Shown here: in pieces, positions 1 through 13,113 of the stretch
Layout of the letters: each line of letters starts with the position of its first letter
Numbering within the stretch: the stretch's first letter is position 1
Source: Paramecium tetraurelia
Taxonomy: Eukaryota
Reading direction: 5' to 3'
NCBI GenBank assembly: GCA_000165425.1
Contig: CT868651.1
Coordinates: 248,001-312,000, forward strand
DNA length: 64,000 bases
Notes under the pieces: generated by a model
The model's input: the letters and a program-made list of their open reading frames with translations, nothing else
The model's database searches: none
Told to the model about the DNA's origin: nothing
Made by a program: the position numbers and the translations under genes

Positions 1-2
1 AC

Positions 3-1626
3 CTCGACACTCTATTCAATTGTCAAGATGTCGTTAGGGAAATGAAAAAATATGAATTGAATTTTAACTATGTTATTAAGAGACTCTCATTGGTAATATT
101 CAAATTTATAGTTTAGATAAGAGAGTTCATACCAAATGTGGTGAAGGTACCGTTGGATGACTTATTCTGTAAACCTTAAACTGACCAGGAATGGATTTAA
201 TTAAACAGATATATAGAATATGTTAATGTATACTATAAATTTAAAATAAGTTAGATGATCCATTATCCTTGTCTAAACAATTCGATTAATTCTATGATTA
301 TATCGCTTTGGGAGCTGCCTATTGCACTTTGGGATCGAAGTATTCGAACCCTTTGATAAGTTTGATCGTGTAAAATGTTGGTGGGGCTGTGATGTTGGTT
401 ACGAAATAGACGGCGAGAAATATCAAGATCAAAGAGATCACAAATCCATCTCTCTCATTTGTCAAGGGATTGTGGAGTATCCAAAACAATTCAACCTTTT
501 TCAAGAATTTCATGAAACTGACAAATTGTAAGGTTAAATCACATCTGAAAATTCATGTTCCCTTCTTATTTGAAGAACACACAATTTAAATATCATCATG
601 ATAATCATACTTATGAGTTAGAGAAATTTAAGGGTTTCAAAATGGTAGAGGATCTATTTAATAAACTTTAATCTAAGTAATTATTATTGAAATCAAAATC
701 ATAAAAAATTAAAGTTAGAATTATTTCAGCAAATAAGGTCAATTTAAATAAAAATGTGGATTATTCCTCAATAGTATAAAAAGTCGGTGAAATCAGTTCA
801 GAACATCATTAAATAAGCTAGCTACTTCAATAGTTAAATAAAAATACAAAAATAAAAAAAGTAGTTTTACACATTCATGGTGGAGGATGGGTGGCTATGT
901 CTTCATTCAGTCATCAATCTTATACAAGGAAGTGGGCTAATTACTTAGGAGATGAGGCTATAGTATTCTCGATAGATTATAGACTCTCTCCTGAATATCG
1001 ATACCCTTACGCACTAGAAGATGTTTGGCAATTATACTTGTGGATCATCAATTTCAGTCAATTCTACTTAAATATTGCAGTAGAATAAATAGTTTTAGCA
1101 GGAGATTCTGCAGGTGGCAATATGGCATTGGGAGTTTGCTTTAGGGCTATAAAATATGGTGTTAGAATACCTGACGGATTATTGATGGCCTATCCTGCAG
1201 TCAATTTAGATTTAACTAAATTCAACCCTTATTTATTATAGGGATTGATCGATTAAGTGGCACCAGCAACAGTTTTAAAATTGGCTCTGCATGAATACTT
1301 GAAGGATACAAATGGCAAACCAAATGTTGATCCCTACTTAAGTCCATTGATAGCAGATGATTCATTTTTATAATAGTAATTACATTTATAAATTTTGTAG
1401 CTTACCTAAAATGACAATCATGTGTGGTTAATTAGACAGTCTGACTGGTGATACTATAAAATTTGTTAATAGATTAAGAAAGCTAGATAAGTAATTTAGA
1501 ATGCTCATATATAATGGGATCAATCATGGATTTCTGAATTTTGAGGTGCCTATTTTTGCAGTGCCTGCTATAAAACCAATAATAGAAAGTAGCTGTGATT
1601 TATTGAAGCAGTTATTTAATTAATGA
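3..1626 (+). CDS. Hormone-sensitive-lipase-family alpha/beta hydrolase (5'-partial; one unexplained +1 frame break near 584-600)
   Basis: Code-6 translation shows [19 protein letters not shown], the GDSAGG nucleophile elbow, DPYLSPL and INHGFL. The N-terminal part ([15 protein letters not shown]) resembles the HSL N-domain. Introns at 93-116, 228-250 and 1376-1400; TGA at 1624-1626. Confidence 0.85.
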
Positions 1627-1636
1627 TAAATTATAA

Positions 1637-2438
1637 TCAAGTAGATCCGCAACAATTGTCAGAAGGGTTTCTATTCTGTTTAGTAGGCACAGTTAGAACA
1701 TTGGGCTGTGGTTGTTCCTATGTTTTCTTTTCAGACTTTTCATCTTCGATTTCAATTCTTTGGCTTGGAAATTCTTCTTCCACATTTTGTTATTTGAACT
1801 CATATATTTCTAATTATCAATTTGTACATTATATACTCCTAATTAATTATTCAAAACATTCCTTCACGTTTGTTCCTTCCTTTGCTGATGTTTCATTATA
1901 CAGCATATTGTGTTATTAACAGATTTGCTCTACTTCTTCGACAGATACACACCGATTTTGTGGGTTGTCTTACAATAAATCCAGTTTGTTCCCTATTAGC
2001 ATGATCATAATTTTATCATCTGTATGCTATATAATCTGGAACTCAATTGATAAATAATACTTCCTAACGCCAACTTAAAACATTATCAAACGAAGTCTTA
2101 TCGCATAAATCATAAAACAAAAGAGCTCCCTCGGATTTACGATAATGTGCTGTTGTAATTGCTTTGTATTTTTCAGCTCCAGCAGTATCCCAGATCACAG
2201 ATTTGACAATTTTATCCACATCTGCTAGTAAGATGGATTAGGCTGCATATTCTACTCCAATCGTGGGTTGTGATTATTTTTTTATAACATTTTTGGTTAA
2301 TCTAATTTGAATTTGAATTAATATACCTAATCAAAAAACTAGTCTTTCCAACACTTGAATCCCCAACCAAAATGACTAAGAATAATAGAAATCCATACTC
2401 TTATACAACTCATCATATTGTGCCTTTGGCTCTGTCAT
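1637..2438 (-). CDS. Rab-family small GTPase (divergent, Rab11-like)
   Basis: GDSSVGKT P-loop, PTIGVEY, WDTAGAEKY, GNKLD, ETSAK and a C-terminal CCGST prenylation motif; four short GT-AG introns. Confidence 0.93.
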
Positions 2439-2468
2439 ATTAATAATTTATAATAATAAAATAATTGA

Positions 2469-4042
<1,574 letters not shown>

Positions 4043-4581
4043 GATATTTTTAATATTATTTTTAGATTTTTATATTAAATTATTAATAAAGTGCATATAT
4101 ATCTATTTATTATATCTAACCTTTTATTAAGTTATTTATTCTCGTTTTATTCATATTGACAAGACTAAAATATTTTATTGGTAGAATTCTCCTATTAATC
4201 AAACTTAAATTACTTAAGCATCGATCAATAATTTTATTTACCTATATCTATGAAATGATGAAATAAAATTCAATTCCCCTATTCTAAGTCATAGCTTTTC
4301 AGAAGAATTTACAACTCTAGTATTTTTGAAGGAATCATTCTCATCAGTTTCTTAAGAAAATTAGGGAAAATTAAACTGATAAATAAATGTATAGGAAAAT
4401 AAGGATTCTAGAATAAATCCTTTCTTAAAATATACTAGCAAATTTTAGTATGCAACTTTTAAGCCATTAATAACATAATTGCAATTGAACCTTTCTTATG
4501 GTAAAGTCAACAATACAAGTGAGCAAGAAGTGGTATAATTTTGGGGATTGTAGTATATGATTTAATTTAATATTTAATTAA

Positions 4582-4977
4582 TCATAACTTTTTAAGTATT
4601 TCCTTCATATGAATCATTCTTCGATTGTTTTAAGAACCATAGACGATAGAAGGGTTATACTTAGGTTTAGGAATGGAAAATATTGTAGTGAATTAACCAT
4701 TGTGTTTTACTGTTGACTCACTTAGTCTGGATTATTTGTATTCGAAATCGACTATTTAAGCAATTGACAGTTTCATTTTATCCTCATATTCTCTTTGATT
4801 TTTGCAGAGTTCTGCTTTCGAATTAACTGATTTAACTCTTGTTCTCAGATTAAACTTCCTCTCTCGAATTGCCAAACTCAATATGGATTTTTCTTATTCG
4901 GTTAAATCGCTAGATGGTAAATCTTATTCAATTTTCTTGTAATCTAACAGTGTTTTAATTCTCCTTCTTTAATACAT
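4582..4977 (-). CDS. Hypothetical protein (131 aa)
   Basis: Uninterrupted 396-nt ATG-to-TGA code-6 ORF (MYQRRRIKTLLDYKKIEQDLP...EILKKL) flanked by AT-rich spacers; no recognisable domain. Confidence 0.6.
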
Positions 4978-5143
4978 AATTTTTATTATTATATAAATTA
5001 ACAAGCTATCTCATTATTTTTCAGTTGATAATTTCTAATGGAAAATAATATAACAAATAATATTAATAAAATGCCTTCTAGTAGTTAAAATTGATATTAA
5101 TAAATATAAGAAAAGACATATCATTATGATGAAGAGATGCCTT

Positions 5144-7632
5144 TCAAAAGTCTTAATCCCAGTCTACAAATTAAGTGCAAATCATTTCTGGACTAGTATC
5201 TCTTTAGATCAAATCTAAAAAAGGCATTTCTTCAAAAATCATCTACTATAATTTAGGATAGTATGGAGGCTTTAATTGAAAGGCTTCTAATTCTTCCTTG
5301 AATGTTAAGAATAAATGAATTACCCACTAGAAACCATCAAACCAAGGATGGACCTTTAATGCTTCAAAGGATCCTCCCAATCGCAATTCTGGTGTTCTAT
5401 TCATCAGTTGATCCATCAATTTGATAGCCTTGAAATCCTTCAGAATTTGTGGATACTCCAATTTTCCATTTAAAATAGCCTCCTCTATTATAAATCTAAA
5501 TAAAATAAAACAAATTACGGATCATCTTCTTCATCCCCAGCAAATGGTACCTCACCGCACATGAGCTCATAGAAGCATATTCCTAAAGACCATAGATCCG
5601 TTGAGAAACTATACCCCTTGCCCTTCAAAATTTCAGGAGCCATGTAATGTGGAGTCCCAACAAGAGTGTAGGTCTTGGAAGCTCTTGACTTTAAGACTTT
5701 TGCAGTTCCCATATCAATCAATTTAATATAGCCATTTTCCATAACAATGAAATTTTCAGGCTTCACATCCCTATAGATAATATGTTGGGAATGCAATTTC
5801 TCCAGGATGTTTATCATTTAAGCGATATAAAACTAGGTTTCATAAGAATTCAACAATCCAATTTCTCTGATCACATGAAACAATTCTTTGCCCTTCACAT
5901 ACTCTGTCAATAAGTAGATATAATTCTAATCTTTAAAGGATCTGCGAAAACAAACCAAATTTGGATGATTAAGCAATTCTAACACTTATTTCTCATTTTT
6001 AATATGCCTCTCTGTGTTATTGGCAATGACATTGACTTTAGGTACACATTTCATCACATGCATATTCTATTAAGGAATATCCTTAACTAGATAGGCATTT
6101 CCAAAGGTTCCTTCTCCTAATAACTTTAATCCTATGAAATCTTCTAAAGTAAGTAAGGAGTAATTGCTTTTTTATTTCTTCTCCAATAGACTGGAGGAAC
6201 CGGCACGATCCTTATTTTTTTTAACAACAGTTTCCAATTCTCCTCCTATGCATTCAAAGAATTGTCTAAAAGGAAGTTCTGAGAGAGTAGTTTTTCGATT
6301 AGTTTTAATATCATGATTGATTTTTCGTTTTTGTTCTTCCATTTACAAATACTTATCTCCGAAGAGTTGACCATTGTTGTATAATTGACCTTCAAATTCT
6401 AATTGTCCATCGAGAATGATAATTAACTTATCGACTAACTAATTCATTTTGAAGATGCAATCATTACTCTCATAGCTTTTGATTTTGAAGTTTGAAACAA
6501 TCTTTTGGATTTGCATTTTAGTTAAATCTCTCAATTTGGGATGTTTCTCAAATGCCCACTTCTGCATATTGGTGTAGATGATTAACTATGTGACTATATA
6601 ATACAAATTCTGTACCTGAATCTTCTCTCCCAATATGGTTGTGATATCTTCCCTACTCAAAGACAGTAGATTGACATCCGAGTCATGGGCTTTGACAGTT
6701 GCCCCTCTTACACAATTCCCAAAGAGAGCCTACTCACCAAACGAATCTCCTTAGTTCATATATCTAAGGAATTGGCCTTGTTTGGTCACTTGAACAGTGC
6801 CTTTTTAAATTATGTAAAAGGAATTGGCCATGTCTCCTTCATTTACTATGGATTCACCTTACTTAAACTTCAGTGTGATCAAGACATTGGCTATACTGTC
6901 TCTCTATTCTTCAGTCATGAAATCTAAAATGACTGAAAAATTTACCAAAAAATTTTACTTATGCCAGAAATTCTCTGTTTGTTTCATATGCCTTTTACTA
7001 GATATCCTCAACTGCCTTTCGGAATTTATACCTCTCTAAAACCCAGAATCCACAATCTCCAATTGCAATCACAGATGCTGAACGAGGAGCATGATACATC
7101 AAAGCCAACTCTCCAAAAAATTCAGATGGTTTTAGCACTCTCTTTTTCTCCTCATTTATTGTTATCTGACATTAGCCTCGTTCTTCATTAATAATTTATG
7201 AAATCTACCAATTATGAAAAATAATGTCGCTTTATCGCCTTGCTTAAAAACAAATTCCTAATCTTTCGATGTAACATAATACATTTCCTCTATTAGTTTT
7301 GCTCTACATTACCATTATCATTACTTGTCATTATTGTCGAGTTAAGCAAACATGAAATGATTTCCAAAAGCATTCAAAATCATTTGAAAGTCAAATGGAC
7401 TTTTCTCCTTCTACTACTTCATTACATTCTCATGGATCTGTTCCTCAACCACTTCTATCTTGGCTTGACGCTTCCTGTCCCCTCTCCTAGGCTATAATAG
7501 TTCTGATATTTCATCTACTTCCACAGCCAAACTCGATAAGGACAGACTAGGCTTATTCAATTACCCAGGAATCATCTGATCTCCCGCTATTTCTGTTGTC
7601 GTTTGTTGGGTGTTACTTATACAAACTCCCAT
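5144..7632 (-). CDS. PKG: cGMP-dependent protein kinase (3 cyclic-nucleotide-binding domains + AGC kinase)
   Basis: N-terminal MGVC; CNB motifs FGELALMYHAPRSASV and FGEQALFGNCVRGATV plus a degenerate third (FGDKYL); GEGTFG, YRDVKPEN, DMG, GTPHYMAPE; ends WDQDF; six short introns. Confidence 0.92.
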
Positions 7633-7892
7633 TTTATTAATAATTATTAAACATTTTTTTCATATTTATATAATCTATCCTAAAACCCTTCCATCTTCGT
7701 ATTTCCTACAAAATCAAATCAGCAAATATCACACCGCCCACACTTAGATTTTGGTTACTTTAATATCTTATATATTCATAATATTGGTTTAAACAATTTA
7801 ATTAAAATATCTTAATTTTGAATATTTCAATTTAATAAAATGTAATAATAGTTTAAACAATAATTCTTATATTCACATATTGGTCAATCAAT

Positions 7893-10248
7893 TCAATAAT
7901 ATAAATCAGATACCCTTCTCTAATGCTTTACTTACCTTAGATCCTGATTATTTATAATTTCTTTCATTCTCTCCAAAAACATACCAAACACCTGCCCTTT
8001 TTAGATAATTATTGTTGCATATTGATTCTTTACCAATCTATACGGTAATCCAATTAAATTGAAGTAGAACACATGACTAATTTTATCTCCATCCCCGACT
8101 AACTAATGCTTTTTTAATTAATGAACCCCATCATTGAAAAATAACAGCGCATCGTATTTATTATTACAACCCAAAGTACCATTAGATTTGTATTAAAAAT
8201 GATCCTCTACAAATGAGGCCAAGAAACCTTCTATTGCGTATCTCCTACCACATCATGAACATTTGGCATCCAAATAAAACCTATATTCAGCTTGTCTATT
8301 ACTCAAAGATCTACTACTGAGATTAGTGCTTTATTCTAAGATTTATCGAGAATTCTTTTTTAATTTTTTATTATTTTATAGATTCTGGAAATAGTGCTGG
8401 TAAATTTAAATCTGTTTTTAATAGCCTAATTCTCTCGTCTGCTGTATAAATTTTAGTGTCAAATCATTCATCTAATACTTAGCACAAGTTATCATAGCAT
8501 TTTTGAAAATATACAGAATCAATTTACAATTTATTCTATTTCATTTTTTTCAACAAATTCATGCTATGATAAACCAAATCCATTAGTTCTACTTTACCTC
8601 CTTTAATCTGATTTAACCAAGTGTCTAAACCACTACTTATAGATGTGTGCTTAATCAAATCTGAGAATGTCAATCTAAGTCTTCGGAAAATAATGAACTT
8701 AAAATGGATTCTTGTGATTCAAGAATTCCAATCTTGGCCTTGAAAAATACTAGTCGTTTAACTTAAGTGGAAATGTACTATATTAAAAATGCTTTTCTTT
8801 CTTAAAACCCTCATCATTGGGTTGATGATATACTTTACATTATTTTGGGAAAGTAAAATTTTCCTCTTTTGGATTCTTAAGTCAATCATCAAAATACTCA
8901 AATTAACTATCATTTTATGAGAGTTGCATCTATTTATCAATATATTTCTGATAATCTTTTGAATATATTAAATCCTAAAAGCACTTCCCTTATTTGGTAT
9001 TGATCAACCAGTACTGAATCGTCTTCTTTAGGCAAAGTAGAAGCTTCACCTATTGTATGAATCAGTTCTGGATTGCAATAGTAATCGAGTTCATATAGTT
9101 TCGAAACAAAATTATCAAACAACTCTTCAGGAACATCAATTGTTTGATTTTGTTTGATATAATTTGAATCCAAGAAGACTAAGATGACATCTGTATACAT
9201 TTCAGCTTATTTGATGTTCATCCTTATTAAGTAAGGCAGGGGAGCTTCAAGATATTACTCTAATTCGAATGGTAAATTCGAAATCAAAATGTGTGTAAAT
9301 TCAAAAGGATATAAAAGAGTCAAGAAAGCCTCATTTACAAGTGAACTAATTTCAGGATTAGAACTAATGAGCTGAATTTTCTTTCAGAAAGTTGTGCAAG
9401 ATACAGCAAAACAATATTCTTTTTGTCTAGAACTGTAAGTAGACACTGAGAAAAGCTTGGCTCAATTATAGATATGAGTTTCAGTTGGATCTTGAGGGAG
9501 AACAATTTCATCAACTATATTACAAATGCACCCCTAAAGCCAAGGGATTATTGGCAATATAAATTTAATATAAATATTTCAGTAATTCTGATGATTACTC
9601 TGAATAGCATAATAGGATGATATCAATTTTAATTTAATTCTCAAAATATTAATGCAGTACAATAATTCCTATATCCAGTTTCTGAGGTCAAAATGTAATT
9701 ATTGTATTTAGGTAATTGATTATTTCTATACAGAGATATGCCGTTTAGAAATCAAAAGATAGCCAGCTCTTGTTTATTGTTATTTTATGGATATGAGTCG
9801 GTAATTTCAACTTAGTATATTATTGTATAAACAGTATTAGTTAATGAATAGGCAAAGTAATTATTTCATATTGACTATGACAGTTTGTAAAATCCTTTTG
9901 GAGGACTCTAAACATTCTCAATATAAAATGAGATCACTTCAAGGATCATACAATGTATCACTTATATAGAAAGTACTAATCAACTTTCACTTTTGATTCA
10001 TGAACATCTAAGTAGTAGAATGATAAATCTGTGATGGGAAGTTTGGTAGAATCTTTTTCTATTTTCAGAAGGAGTTATTCATTGATTCTTAAATAATACA
10101 CTTTCTTTTTACTTTCATGAGTGCCTACAACGACTATGATGTTGATTATGTATTCTGTGTCTGGTTAGATGCCTTGCAATTGTTGAGTTAAATTTGAGGG
10201 ACCAATAATTTAGAACTAATTGTATATTCGTTAATAAAGAATATTCAT
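7893..10248 (-). pseudogene. Degraded DENN-domain (Rab GEF-type) gene
   Basis: DENN core recognisable (ERK/IQLISSN, LLYPFEFTHILISNLP, YLEAPLPYLI). It is broken by a frameshift at ~9380, further frame breaks near 8940 and several in-frame TGAs (e.g. 8253-8255, 8464-8466) not removable as GT-AG introns. Confidence 0.75.
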
Positions 10249-10331
10249 TAAATATATTTTATTTGTTGCGTTGTTAAAATAATAGTGATATGCTTGATAT
10301 GAGCCTTAATTAAACAAACTAATAACAAAAG

Positions 10332-10859
10332 TCATTCTAATTGTCGCAGTTCTTCCACTAGTTATATATCTAAACTATCTACACTAGCGAGTGATTCGAA
10401 TCTCTTCCTGGTGAATTAAGTCAAGGTTTCAGTCTTATTGATTGATTGATGTTCTGTCTTTAAAATAGACAATCTCTCTCTTAATTTCATAATTTGTGTT
10501 CTTCTACATTTTTTCAAGGACGCTTGGAGTTCAGCATTATTTCTCTCCTTCTTAAATTTACGCTAGGGGGATAATTAATAAAATAAGTACTTTTAATTGG
10601 GTTCTGGTTCTGTCATTGAACAAATAATTGATCATGTAAAAATCAGTTCCAAATAATTAGAGACTCCTGAAAAATTTTTTGGTGTCTTCCTGACTCCAAT
10701 TCTTGAATTTATTGATCTTACCCTTCTTGACAACCTTTTGAGTCTGCCGCTGTTTTTGTTTGGTTAATTGAGACAATTGCTATTAGATAATAAGGTCGGT
10801 TGTGACTTGTGATCTTAAAACGTTGTGTGTGACAAAGAATCACTTTTTGTTTCTTTCAT
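10332..10859 (-). CDS. BDP1: Small Bdp1-like (TFIIIB B'') SANT/Myb-domain protein, 159 aa
   Basis: WSQEDTKKFFRSLQLFGTDFYMINYLFNDRTRTQLKRKFKKE matches the Bdp1 SANT consensus; 20-nt and 28-nt introns give a 480-nt CDS. Confidence 0.75.
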
Positions 10860-10909
10860 TTTTAAGATTTAATTATTAAAAAAATGATTTTGAATATAAA
10901 TATATATTA

Positions 10910-12627
10910 TCATTCGACCAACATTCCTTTATTGTCTTAGACCTAAAACTTTTCATCTACAACGTTCTCTTAAATGACATTGATATTTTCAATTTCGAAT
11001 TCATCATAATCCCTATTACTGATCAAGACATTCTGAGTCAGATTCTCAAACTAGGCTAGTCCCTACTTGCTGGGACTCCACAAGTATTACTGATAATAGA
11101 TGTATAAGTTCAAAATACTTATAGAGATGAGCACCTCTGTTCCAGTGAGATTATAAATTTCAAAGGATCCAGACAAGATGAACAAGCCCAAACACATCAT
11201 GAAAAATATGTTAAACAATCCAATCAACTTGTATCTCCACAATCTAGTCTCATAGCATTTGCAAAATTGAATCAAGTACTTGAGCAAATACAAAAATGTA
11301 GCAAAGGAAAATAAAAATGAAAGCACTTTAAATGCCATGTAAGGTTTATGATGGAAGTCATCAAAATTTGTAGTAGGGTCCCTAAAATATTAAATGACTA
11401 GGATCGAGTAGGAGACCACAAAAAGGAGCCATAACAGGAAGCAAACCAGGATCTTGGGTTTAGTGACTGCAGTGCTTTCCTTGTTTCCGTTATCGACCAC
11501 AATCCTATGGTACAGTACGAGCCAATAAAGGAAGAGACAACAAATGAAATTACTGAAAAATATCACTCCAATCACAGCAGTGACTCTGTTCGGAGCCATT
11601 AATGTAGCCGCATACAGTGGATCATTGAACCAAGGTAAAAGTAAGCTCAAGACTAAGACAAACTTTTATTCAATGACCCAATTTGATAAGGCTAATTTTT
11701 TCATTCTGAATGCAAACAGAGTCAAAGTAATCACTGAAAATGCAAAAAATGTGTATCTTATTGCTAATACTGAATTGGAATATCTGGGATCAACAGTTAT
11801 TCCTTATAAATACAAATAAGTATTATTGTCAATTTCGGGTTTAGCGAAATTTATAATTAGGAGGTAATCGTGATACTCTAGAATTGGAATAAAGACCAAA
11901 AGTTTCCATTCACATAGCTTATGATCAAAATTTCCATAATCTTCTGTTCTTTAAGAGAGTCTGTGTAATTCATCTTCATCTTCGTCCTCATCTTCATCTT
12001 CATCTTCTTCTTCACCTTCATCTCCAATTATCTCATCATACTCATCATATTCATCATATTCGTCCTCGTAGTTCTGATTACAATTAGTTGTTATCGAATG
12101 ATTCTTACTAGTAATAAAATGATCATATAGATTCCCAGTTTTCTATTATTCCATAGTCAACCCAAATAATGTGGCAGTATAATTTAAGTAGCTGATTTCA
12201 TAACCCATGGGACTGAAGAAACTAAATTACCCATAAACAATTAAGAATTGATTTTTTTTATCTAATCTTCTAATCATTGTATAATTAGCTCCACTTTGAT
12301 TGCAACTATTAGAATTATTTGTAAATTTTACAATTACTATTTATTCTTTTCAAACCATGATTCTTAATCAAAATTATATTCGCTATTTTCATAACAAGGA
12401 TTGTCCAATTGAACCTATTAGGTTGATTCTGGCATAAACACAGAAGTCAATATAAAAATTGTAACCAGAACAAAAAATAAACACCAATGAATGCACACAT
12501 GTTTTTTAGTTTCTATATCAGCATTAATTTTAGTCAAAATGAGCGGAGTATCTGTTTATACAGGTTGTCCAATAACTATTTCTTAATTTTAAAGATTTGG
12601 AATGCTATCTCCTTACCCTTCTATCAT
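10910..12627 (-). CDS. TMEM181: TMEM181/Wntless-like multipass membrane protein
   Basis: N-terminal TM, a large loop, then multiple TMs with WVIEQKFVLVLSLLLPWFNDPLY (TMEM181 W-x-x-EQK...NDP motif) and a final LNLYIYYQQYLWSP; one 32-nt intron. Confidence 0.75.
11970..12070 (-). repeat. Coding GAT/GAA low-complexity tract (poly-Asp/Glu)
   Basis: Encodes EDEYDEYDEYDEIIGDEGEEEDEDEDEDEDEDE inside the TMEM181-like loop. Confidence 0.85.
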
Positions 12628-13113
12628 AATTAATATATTATAAATATATTAATAATCATCAAATAATCAACTAACCTTGTAAACTATTTGTATTGTTGAT
12701 CTCCTCTCAATAAGATTTTCGATATTAGCCTATTAAATTTAAGTAGCATCATTTCTACAAATTAATTTATCCAAATTCAAATGTTCATCCCCTTAATCTA
12801 ATATCTCAAGTAATAGTAAGATATTAATTAATTCATTTGTTTAAATCTTCTTTTTGGAATCTTAAGATTTTCAGTAAACTTAATATAAAGTTTAGCTTAA
12901 AGATTCGTAATTCCATTTAGAAACTTAAAAAAAATGATGGAAATTTAATAATTATTCTATTATTCATCTATCAATCTCTAAGAAAATTTGCCAACTTATA
13001 TTGGGATACAAGTATTGAAACAAAAAGAAATTAAGAGTTTGTTCCTAGAAGGATTCTATTAAATAATTTGGTTTGAAGGTTTTGTTCAATAAAACATTAA
13101 TTGAATGTTTAAA

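Noticed and set aside
322..531. Supplied 69-aa + strand ORF and the many antisense ORFs (e.g. 1623-1919, 43711-43977, 54939-55289)
   Set aside because: These are off-frame or antisense shadows of real code-6 genes.
8247..8264. TGA as selenocysteine or Cys in C-S-TGA-C
   Set aside because: The TGA is at a spacer position of the CxxC, and the gene has other stops and frameshifts, so it is a pseudogene lesion.
10702..10721. Apparent frameshift upstream of the Bdp1 SANT domain
   Set aside because: Resolved by a canonical 20-nt GTAAG...AAG intron.
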